Positions 1 to 7,003 of a stretch of 64,000 bases of DNA are shown one piece after another. How positions within the stretch are numbered: position 1 is the stretch's first letter; each line of letters begins with the position of its first letter. Source of the DNA: a virus (lineage: Duplodnaviria; Caudoviricetes); IMG/VR virus record IMGVR_UViG_3300027769_000023, positions 1 through 64,000 of that record; one strand, written 5' to 3'. Position numbers and translations under genes: made by a program. The notes beneath the pieces were generated by a model, which was given only the letters and a program-made list of their open reading frames with translations, did not search any database and was not told where the DNA came from.

Positions 1-114
1 GTTACAATTTTAAGTAAAAATAGCAATAAAAATATTGCCTCAAGATGGTCTGGAGCAACAATTGTTAAAACAGATACCAACACTTGGGTCTTAATTGGCG
101 ATTTGATTGCGTAG
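1..114 (+). CDS. 3' end of a tail-fibre-like protein (truncated by window start)
   Basis: Frame 1 is open from base 1 to TAG at 112-114 (VTILSKNSNKNIASRWSGATIVKTDTNTWVLIGDLIA). The ending resembles the C-terminus of 7004..9133 (TNSVVTAMKTSSGWLVFGDLSA). Not in the ORF track. Confidence 0.75.
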   Translation, partial: VTILSKNSNKNIASRWSGATIVKTDTNTWVLIGDLIA

Positions 115-121
115 GTAAGCC

Positions 122-676
122 ATGTTAGGTTGGATTGGACGCTGGGCACAATCAAAGGGTATGAAACTTCTTCCAAGTTGGCTTGGAGTAGACAAGACTA
201 CAGCACAATCACAGATCGTTACAGAAGGGTTTACGGTTGGAACAATAACAGAGTCACCTTCTGATGTAGCAGCAGAATTAGCAAATCACAATAAAGTAAT
301 TTCTCAAACACCCACATCTGCAACAGAACAAGACTATGAAACACCTGTAAATATTACTTGGAGAAATTTTGCCTTTACGCCATTTGCTGTTTTTGGTTTT
401 TCCCCAACTCCACCCTTTGGCGTATTTGGATTCTCTCCATTTGCTGTTTTTGGATTCTCTCCGTTTACTGTTTTTGGATTTTCACCATTTAACGTGTTCG
501 GATTTTCACCATTTAACGTGTTCGGATTTTCACCTACCCCACCTGCTGCTGGAGGAGATTACACAAGATGTACTTCTGCAGACGTAGCGGCATATCCTTC
601 ATTTTGTAATTTTTCAAATTGCTGCGGTGCTGGTTCTGGTGCTGCCTGTGCTACATGTTCTTGCCGTGCTTGCTAG
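122..676 (+). CDS. PASTA-domain protein with FxVFGFSP repeats and a Cys-rich C-terminus; probable virion accessory protein
   Basis: Residues ~16-80 (LPSWLGVDKTTAQSQIVTEGFTVGTITESPSD...KVISQTP...VNIT) fit the PASTA pattern. Then six FxVFGFSP units and 8 Cys in the last ~36 aa. Confidence 0.7.
   Translation: MLGWIGRWAQSKGMKLLPSWLGVDKTTAQSQIVTEGFTVGTITESPSDVAAELANHNKVISQTPTSATEQDYETPVNITWRNFAFTPFAVFGFSPTPPFGVFGFSPFAVFGFSPFTVFGFSPFNVFGFSPFNVFGFSPTPPAAGGDYTRCTSADVAAYPSFCNFSNCCGAGSGAACATCSCRAC
383..535 (+). repeat. Coding tandem repeat, 6 x FxVFGFSP, including an exact 24-nt tandem duplication at 477-534
   Basis: Read directly: GATTTTCACCATTTAACGTGTTCG twice plus a 10-nt partial copy. Confidence 0.95.
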
Positions 677-680
677 TTTG

Positions 681-689
681 TGCTATAAT
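681..689 (+). promoter_or_regulatory. Extended -10 promoter (TGCTATAAT)
   Basis: TGnTATAAT in the intergenic gap, followed by an AAGGGAG SD and ATG 710. Confidence 0.7.
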
Positions 690-709
690 TATTAAAAAGG
701 GAGTTATAA

Positions 710-1159
710 ATGTTAACAGATAACGATATTACTTATTCATGGAATAAAGATAATCCAGATGAAAGAGGCTCAGCACTTGCTTTTATTATTAATGAAGATG
801 TAGTCTACGATGCTCCATTCTATAATTGGGCAGCAGACATGTTTATCCGTGCAGACTCTTTTGTAGAAATTCCTCAGGACAATCCCACAGATAAAATTAT
901 TGTTTCTATTATGGAAAATGATATTGAATTGGATCAACTAGAAACAACGGAATACTTTGGAAGCATATTGCTCAGTAATCCGATGATCAAAGATTTAAAT
1001 GCTTATCCGTATGGACGATATGTTATTTCTCCAAATGCAAAGTTTGTTAATAATGAATTTGTTGTCCTTGATATGAATACAGAAGGCCTACCGCCATTTA
1101 TTACAGATGAAGAGATAGCCCAGCGCCAGGCAGCATACGACGCAGCCCAAAATGCCTAA
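710..1159 (+). CDS. Hypothetical acidic protein
   Basis: 149-aa ORF with its own promoter and SD; no motif recognised. Confidence 0.7.
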   Translation: MLTDNDITYSWNKDNPDERGSALAFIINEDVVYDAPFYNWAADMFIRADSFVEIPQDNPTDKIIVSIMENDIELDQLETTEYFGSILLSNPMIKDLNAYPYGRYVISPNAKFVNNEFVVLDMNTEGLPPFITDEEIAQRQAAYDAAQNA

Positions 1160-1382
1160 AAGTAGGTGGGAACAATATAAAGAAAAAAATGGAGTTACTC
1201 CATTAGATTTATTAAATCCAATGACTTTGCCAGCAACAGAAGAGTTGGCAGATTTAAGGATGTCTATTTGTCATGAGTGCCCAGAATTGCGAAAGATAAC
1301 AAAACAATGTAAAAAGTGTGGGTGCTTTATGAATGTCAAATCTAAGTTAAATTCAGCAAAATGCCCTATTGGAAAATGGTAA
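1152..1382 (+). CDS. Small Cys-rich (probable metal-binding) protein
   Basis: CHEC...CKKCGCF...K...CPIGKW; overlaps the upstream stop. Confidence 0.75.
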   Translation: MPKSRWEQYKEKNGVTPLDLLNPMTLPATEELADLRMSICHECPELRKITKQCKKCGCFMNVKSKLNSAKCPIGKW

Positions 1383-1420
1383 AAAAATAAGGAGCCTTTC
1401 GGCTCCCTATCTCTTTTTAT
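1381..1420. terminator. Bidirectional intrinsic terminator between convergent genes
   Basis: GGAGCC-TTTC-GGCTCC hairpin (1391-1406), A-run on the left and T-rich tract on the right. Confidence 0.8.
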
Positions 1421-1421
1421 A

Positions 1422-1979
1422 CTACTTAGGAAATTTCAACATCCATTGTTTTGTCTTGGGGGTAATACCCTTCCAAGAAGACCAATCGTCTCCGCCACTG
1501 GTCATGTAATATGCGATTTCTGCATTTTTTACGGGATTGAATAATTCTGCATTTGAATCAAGATCAAACTTGTTTCTACGATCTGGCCCTAGATCATCGA
1601 TCATGTTGATCTGAAACATACCATAAGACGAGTCACCAGTCTTGTGGTTTCCGTTAAAGGCTAACGGTCTTCCGTTAGATTCCTTTTTTGCTACAGCCCA
1701 AGCGACGATAAGGTCTTTTCCTTTAAAACCAACTAGAGATAAGAGTTCTTTAAGTTCAATATCTGTTAGGTGTGTTTTATTTTCAAAAGACTCCAGTTTC
1801 TTTGCTTTAGAAACCAAAAAAACCTCTTTCGAGGTAGATTTCAAAGGCTGAGCCTGTTCAGTACTAAAATTGTTATTGCTGTTAGTCGAGGCATTGGCAT
1901 TTCCAGTCAATACAGTAACCAACATTCCGATACTGAGTATGCTAATGATCTCTTTGTTTCTTTCGATAAATTTAATCAT
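1422..1979 (-). CDS. Secreted lysozyme-fold lytic transglycosylase (SLT-like)
   Basis: WAVAKKES (catalytic Glu), SYGMFQIN and W..W motifs. N-terminal hydrophobic stretch ending ANA-S. AGGAGG SD supports start 1979 rather than 2006. Confidence 0.85.
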   Translation of the reverse strand: MIKFIERNKEIISILSIGMLVTVLTGNANASTNSNNNFSTEQAQPLKSTSKEVFLVSKAKKLESFENKTHLTDIELKELLSLVGFKGKDLIVAWAVAKKESNGRPLAFNGNHKTGDSSYGMFQINMIDDLGPDRRNKFDLDSNAELFNPVKNAEIAYYMTSGGDDWSSWKGITPKTKQWMLKFPK

Positions 1980-2027
1980 AGTTTCCTCCTTAGAAAACAA
2001 CAACACCTTGTTAGGTGTCTACTGATA

Positions 2028-2057
2028 AGTATAACATCAATTCTTGGTCAAAGTCAA
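2028..2057 (-). promoter_or_regulatory. sigma70-type promoter for the transglycosylase
   Basis: Minus strand TTGACT-N18-TATACT, with TGT immediately before the -10. Confidence 0.7.
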
Positions 2058-2133
2058 CCCAAAGGTGGTTTAATAGTAAGATAATAAAAAAATAATTAAT
2101 TATTTAAATAGACGTATATTGAGGTAAAGTTAG

Positions 2134-2142
2134 TGATATAAT
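2134..2142 (+). promoter_or_regulatory. Extended -10 promoter, leaderless transcript
   Basis: TGATATAAT; ATG 2149 lies 6 nt after the hexamer with no SD. Confidence 0.75.
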
Positions 2143-2148
2143 GTAATT

Positions 2149-2667
2149 ATGGCAACAGGTCAATCAGATACATACAATTTACCATATCCCCAAGTTGATG
2201 ATAATGTCAACGTACACGGAGATATAGCAATTTTGGTTAGCACTCTTGAGGGAGTTCTTCAAGGTCTTGGTCTTTCTTATATGAAGTTAGATGTTAAAAA
2301 TGTGACGGGATCTACTATACCAGCAGCAACCCCAGTGTATGCAACAGGCTTTGATACTAAAACAACAATTGCTGTTGCTCTTCCATCTACTACAAATCCT
2401 ATTATTGGTTTAACAAAGACAAGCATTGCAAATAATTCAGAAGGGGTTGTTGTTGTTTCTGGAGTAATGCCAGATGTGGCTACAAGTTCTTTTGCAAATG
2501 GATCTATCTTATATGTGAAGGCTGGCGGAGGGCTAACTACTACTAGACCAGCAGAAGGTGCTGCAGCAGTAGGAGTAGTTGCTAACTCAGATGCTGCTCA
2601 TGGAATTATTGTAGTAGAAGCAAAAGGAAATGGCACATGGGGCGCATTGAAAAATGGAATGTCCTAA
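2149..2667 (+). CDS. Virion structural protein (capsid-cement/fibre-like beta domain)
   Basis: NVTGSTIPAATPVY...IGL...IANNSEGVVVVSG pattern typical of small phage decoration domains. Confidence 0.5.
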   Translation: MATGQSDTYNLPYPQVDDNVNVHGDIAILVSTLEGVLQGLGLSYMKLDVKNVTGSTIPAATPVYATGFDTKTTIAVALPSTTNPIIGLTKTSIANNSEGVVVVSGVMPDVATSSFANGSILYVKAGGGLTTTRPAEGAAAVGVVANSDAAHGIIVVEAKGNGTWGALKNGMS

Positions 2668-2670
2668 TTG

Positions 2671-2679
2671 TGGTATAAT
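2671..2679 (+). promoter_or_regulatory. Extended -10 promoter, leaderless transcript
   Basis: TGGTATAAT; ATG 2686 lies 6 nt downstream. Confidence 0.75.
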
Positions 2680-2685
2680 TAAAAA

Positions 2686-3093
2686 ATGGCAATCCTAAGA
2701 AACTCATCCCAAAGCCTTTATAACATTGGTGAAAAACCTCCATTTGTTAATTGGACTGTTGTAAGAGGTGACACATCTGGATTTAAAGTTTATCTGGAAG
2801 ATGATTCTAAAACTCCACTGATTGTTTCAGACTGGACGATCTCTATGAAAGTTAAGAGACCAAATGTTTCTCAGTTGACTCCAGTTATTACAGACGAAGC
2901 AACAACAATAATGCAACTACTTCCAGAGGCAGATGCTGATGATTTAGTTGGAGAGTTTACAGTATTTCTATCATCTTCACAGTCTTTAATTCTTCAAACT
3001 GGAGACATCTTTGATATTCAAGTATCCAATGGGGAAATTGTATGGACAGTTTGCCAGGGTAGCATGATTATCCTTGAAGATGTAACTGATTAA
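2686..3093 (+). CDS. Putative virion protein (Ig/BppU-N-like beta sandwich)
   Basis: VVRGDTSGFKV...FDIQVS...WTVCQGSMII pattern; position in the fibre module. Confidence 0.5.
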   Translation: MAILRNSSQSLYNIGEKPPFVNWTVVRGDTSGFKVYLEDDSKTPLIVSDWTISMKVKRPNVSQLTPVITDEATTIMQLLPEADADDLVGEFTVFLSSSQSLILQTGDIFDIQVSNGEIVWTVCQGSMIILEDVTD

Positions 3094-3317
3094 TGGCAAC
3101 ATCCTTAATCCTAGAAGACTCTAAAAACAAAGTAAAAAACATATATCAGGTAGGAGCCGTAAAGTCTGTCATTGTTTTTCAAAATCCTTCAGTTTCTATT
3201 TCCTCAACACTACCGTTTAGAGTAAAGTTTACCTCTATAAAGGTTCCTGGATATAGTTCATCCAATCCCCCGCCAATCCCACTTCAACTCATCGGATTCA
3301 GTAACTATATACTTTAA
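3093..3317 (+). CDS. Small hypothetical virion-associated protein
   Basis: TAATG-coupled to the upstream gene; C-terminal PPPIPLQLIGFSNYIL. Confidence 0.6.
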   Translation: MATSLILEDSKNKVKNIYQVGAVKSVIVFQNPSVSISSTLPFRVKFTSIKVPGYSSSNPPPIPLQLIGFSNYIL

Positions 3318-3331
3318 GATTTAAAAAATAG

Positions 3332-3340
3332 TGTTATAAT
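3332..3340 (+). promoter_or_regulatory. Extended -10 promoter, leaderless transcript
   Basis: TGTTATAAT; ATG 3347 lies 6 nt downstream. Confidence 0.75.
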
Positions 3341-3346
3341 TTAGAC

Positions 3347-3793
3347 ATGGCAAAGATATCCCTCTCAGGCGTAAAAACCAAGTTTCAAACTGGTGACCGC
3401 CCAACGCAAGAAGACTATGTAGATCTAATTGATACTACATCTGCACAATCAACAGATCTTGGATCTGCTGGTAACAATGAAATTGCAATCTATGATATTC
3501 AGAACCCAACAACTGTTGATAACTTTGACGCAACAACTTGGCGAATGGTCAAATATCTTATATCTATTGCACACACATCTGGTGGCGTAAATAAGTTTTA
3601 TGCTACAGAAATAACAATTTTGGTTGACGGTACAGGAGTATCAGTCAGCGAATATGGAACAATCGACAACAATGGGAATATTGGCACCATTACTGTCTCC
3701 CGCACTGGAAATACCGTAGCCCTAGTGGTTACTCCAGAAAGCGGTATTACACCTATAACCGTACGTTATGCACGTATTGGATTAAAGGCTTAA
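3347..3793 (+). CDS. Short fibre-associated protein
   Basis: N-terminal KTKFQTGDRPTQEDYVDLIDT. The C-terminal ~95 aa resemble the C-terminal domain of 3806..6457. Confidence 0.6.
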   Translation: MAKISLSGVKTKFQTGDRPTQEDYVDLIDTTSAQSTDLGSAGNNEIAIYDIQNPTTVDNFDATTWRMVKYLISIAHTSGGVNKFYATEITILVDGTGVSVSEYGTIDNNGNIGTITVSRTGNTVALVVTPESGITPITVRYARIGLKA

Positions 3794-3805
3794 GGAGATA
3801 AAAAA

Positions 3806-6457
3806 ATGGCAACAGTAAATAAAAACTTTAAGATCAAAAGCGGTCTTGTAGTTGAAGGTACAACAGGTACAATCAATGGATTTAACATCCTTACAGAAAA
3901 CCAGGCTTCAGAAGACTACATCGTTGGTATTGTTGGAGGAACTACACTTGTTACCTCCGTTGAATCAACACAGATGGAAGTTGTCGCTGGTGAACTAAAT
4001 ATTAAGTCAGGCGTGTTTGATGCGTCAGGCGCAGCAGCAGCAGCGCAAGCAGCAGCAGCAACAGATGCTACAACTAAGGCTAACAATGCCAAGAGTGGTG
4101 CAGAGGCTACAGCATCAGCAGATGCAACAAGTAAAGCAAATGCTGCACAAGCAGCAGCAGAAGCGACTGCCTCAGCAGATGCAACTTCAAAGGCTAACGC
4201 TGCAGTTTCAACAGCAGCAGCAGATGCTACTTCAAAGGCTAACGCTGCACAATCTGCAGCAATCTCTGCAGCAGCAACAGATGCAACCACTAAGGCTAAC
4301 AACGCTAAGTCAGGTGCAGAAGCGACTGCCTCAGCAGATGCAACAGCAAAGGCTAACGCAGCCCAGGCTGCAGCAGAAGCAACTGCAGCACTAGATGCAA
4401 CTGCAAAAGCAGATGCAGCACTTGTAGCAGCAAATGCTCATACAGATGCAGAAGTTGCACTTCTTGTTAATGGAGCCCCAGACCTTCTTAATACTCTTAA
4501 TGAGTTAGCAGAAGCAATTGGTGAGAATCCAAACTATGCAACAGATCTTGCTACATCAGTAGGAGGAAAGGTTGCCAAGGCTGGCGACACAATGACAGGT
4601 GCTTTGACACTTTCAGGTGCACCAACATCATCACTACATGCAGCAACTAAGGGCTATGTAGATGGAGAAATTTCTGATCTTGATACAGCAGCACAAGGCT
4701 ATGCTTCAGCAGCACAATCAGCAGCAGAAGCCACAGCATCATCTGACGCTACTTCAAAGGCTAACGCAGTAGCAGGAGATCTTACAGATCACGAAAATGC
4801 TACAGAAGCACACGGTGCAACTGGTGCGGTAGTTGGAACAACCAACACACAAACATTAACAAACAAGACTATTGGAGATACACTTAACTTCACTGGCGCA
4901 GGAGCAATGACAATCAATTCTGATTCTCATATCGTTCTTACTCCAGCAGCAGGTTCTTCTGTTAAGTGGGGATCAGATGTTCTTGCAACTCAAGCATATG
5001 TTGATGACCAAACTACAGATACTATTGCAGAAGCAGGAAACCTTTACTTCACAAATGCACGAGCAATCGCTGCAGTAGGTGGAACTATTGGAGATGCAAT
5101 TAATGATCTTGATACAGATGACATTGAAGAGGGTTCAACAAACCTTTACTTTACAAATGGTCGTGCAGTCTCTGCAACAGCAGCATCATACGATGTTCTT
5201 GGTGCAGCAGCAGCAGCAGATATTTCAGCAAGAGGATATGCAGATAGCCTTGCAGTCAACTATGACGCAGCAGGATCAGCAAACACAGCATATTCAGATG
5301 CCGTCGCAGCAGCAGCAACAGATGCAACTACAAAGGCTAACAACGCTAAGTCAGGTGCAGAAGCGACTGCCTCAGCAGACGCAACAAGCAAGGCTAACGC
5401 TGCTAAGAGCGGAGCAGAGGCTACAGCAGCCCTTGATGCTACAGCAAAGGCAGACGCAGCAGAGGCAGCAGCAATCGCTGCAGCAGCACTAGATGCTACT
5501 TCAAAAGCAAATGCTGCACAAGCAGCAGCAGAATCAACTGCTTCATCAGCACTTACAACTGCAATCTCAACAGAGGTTTCAAACCGTAACTCTGCTATTG
5601 CGTCTGCAATTTCAACTGAGGTTTCAGATCGTAATGCAGCAATCACATCAGCAGTAGCAGCAGTCGTTGATTCAGCACCTGCAGCACTTGATACTCTTAA
5701 CGAATTGGCTGCAGCACTTGCTGATTCACCAGATACAGTTTCAAACCTTACAACTCTTGTTGGAACAAAGGCACCATTGGCATCACCAGCATTGACTGGC
5801 GTACCTACAGCCCCAACAGCAGCAGCAGACACAAGCACAACTCAGATTGCTACAACAGCATTTGCCAAGGCAGAGGCTGACGCAGCACAGTCTGCAGCAG
5901 AAGCGACTGCCTCAGCAGATGCAACTTCAAAGGCTAACGCTGCACAAGCAGCAGCAGAGGCTACAGCATCAGCAGACGCAACTACAAAGGCTAACAACGC
6001 TAAGTCAGGTGCAGAAGCAACCGCTTCAGCAGATGCAACATCTAAGGCAAATGCAGCAAAGACTGCAGCAGAGGCTACAGCCCAAGCAGCACTTGATGAT
6101 GTACTTGATGCAACAACAGCATTTACAGCATTAAATGTTAATGATGAGGCTAAGCACTTCGCAGCATCTTCTTCAGGAACAGCGACAGTCATAGGAACAT
6201 CTTATGAGTGGGCAAAGGCGGATTACCGTTCAGCCAAATTACTTGTTAAAATTGACAACGGAACACACAACGAAATGTCAGAAATTCTAGTAACACTTGA
6301 TTCAACAGACAACATTGCAATTACAGAATATGCAATTGTTGGAACTAATGGAACAAGAGGAACTATTACAGCAGATATTTCAGGTTCAAATGTAAGAATA
6401 AGAGTTACTCCAGTTAATAATTCAACAATTAAGGTCACTGGAACACTTCTTAAGTAG
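3806..6457 (+). CDS. Long tail fibre with Ala-rich coiled-coil repeats
   Basis: DAT(S/T)KAN repeats; fibre motifs APAALDTLNELAAAL, SPALTGVPTAPTA and TQIATTAF; AAGGAG SD. Confidence 0.8.
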   Translation: MATVNKNFKIKSGLVVEGTTGTINGFNILTENQASEDYIVGIVGGTTLVTSVESTQMEVVAGELNIKSGVFDASGAAAAAQAAAATDATTKANNAKSGAEATASADATSKANAAQAAAEATASADATSKANAAVSTAAADATSKANAAQSAAISAAATDATTKANNAKSGAEATASADATAKANAAQAAAEATAALDATAKADAALVAANAHTDAEVALLVNGAPDLLNTLNELAEAIGENPNYATDLATSVGGKVAKAGDTMTGALTLSGAPTSSLHAATKGYVDGEISDLDTAAQGYASAAQSAAEATASSDATSKANAVAGDLTDHENATEAHGATGAVVGTTNTQTLTNKTIGDTLNFTGAGAMTINSDSHIVLTPAAGSSVKWGSDVLATQAYVDDQTTDTIAEAGNLYFTNARAIAAVGGTIGDAINDLDTDDIEEGSTNLYFTNGRAVSATAASYDVLGAAAAADISARGYADSLAVNYDAAGSANTAYSDAVAAAATDATTKANNAKSGAEATASADATSKANAAKSGAEATAALDATAKADAAEAAAIAAAALDATSKANAAQAAAESTASSALTTAISTEVSNRNSAIASAISTEVSDRNAAITSAVAAVVDSAPAALDTLNELAAALADSPDTVSNLTTLVGTKAPLASPALTGVPTAPTAAADTSTTQIATTAFAKAEADAAQSAAEATASADATSKANAAQAAAEATASADATTKANNAKSGAEATASADATSKANAAKTAAEATAQAALDDVLDATTAFTALNVNDEAKHFAASSSGTATVIGTSYEWAKADYRSAKLLVKIDNGTHNEMSEILVTLDSTDNIAITEYAIVGTNGTRGTITADISGSNVRIRVTPVNNSTIKVTGTLLK

Positions 6458-6489
6458 TACAAATTTGTGGGGAAAAGGAGCAGTAAATA

Positions 6490-6945
6490 ATGACAACAGA
6501 AAACAAAGACTTTAAGGTAAAGAATGGACTACAGGTCGCAGGATCTGGTAGTTTTGGAGGTACCTTAACAGTAGCAACACCAACAGAGGCTACACATGTA
6601 GCAACTAAAGGATATGTAGATTCTCTTTCAGGATCTATGGTGGTTGGCAATGCTGCTCCTGCTTCACCTACAAACGGAGATCAATGGTTTGATACTCTAA
6701 CAGAAAGAGTTAATGTTTATTATGAAGGCACTTGGCATACAATGGCCTCAATTGATGATACATTAAACTTAGCACAACACATCCACGATACAGCAATCGA
6801 TGGAACAGGATTTATTGTAACTACTTTCCGAGAAGGTGGTAGTTTCAATAGCCCACAGGGATCTTCAGTTGATGCGGGTGGACCTTCCACTACGACATGG
6901 ACTACAGTTCTTGATGGTGGGTCAGTAGTAGATAATTTCAATTAA
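6490..6945 (+). CDS. Short fibre/virion protein
   Basis: N-terminus MTTENKDFKVKNGL matches MATVNKNFKIKSGL of 3806; also ATKGYVD and PASPTNGDQWFDT fibre motifs. Confidence 0.65.
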   Translation: MTTENKDFKVKNGLQVAGSGSFGGTLTVATPTEATHVATKGYVDSLSGSMVVGNAAPASPTNGDQWFDTLTERVNVYYEGTWHTMASIDDTLNLAQHIHDTAIDGTGFIVTTFREGGSFNSPQGSSVDAGGPSTTTWTTVLDGGSVVDNFN

Positions 6946-6952
6946 AAATTGA

Positions 6953-6961
6953 TGTTATAAT
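6953..6961 (+). promoter_or_regulatory. Extended -10 promoter; leader contains an ATGCGT-AGA-ACGCAT hairpin (6975-6989) before the SD
   Basis: TGTTATAAT, a perfect 6-bp inverted repeat, AGGGGGA SD, ATG 7004. Confidence 0.65.
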
Positions 6962-7003
6962 AAGATAGTAATTCATGCGTAGAACGCATTAGGGGGAATA
7001 TAA

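Noticed and set aside
383-535. CRISPR-like or non-coding repeat array
   Set aside because: Units are 24 or 33 nt, in frame, without unique spacers, and conserved at the protein level; the same holds for 9760-9972.
1980-2030. c-di-AMP (ydaO) riboswitch upstream of the muralytic enzyme
   Set aside because: The predicted leader is only about 40 nt with one small hairpin, far too short for that aptamer.
3916-6192. Minus-strand Ala/Val-rich and alternate-frame Gln-rich ORFs over the fibre gene (similar ones over the TMP, 22011..22760 and 63003..63899)
   Set aside because: Shadows of GCA/ACA-rich coding repeats; they have no SD or promoter and lie wholly within strong + strand genes.
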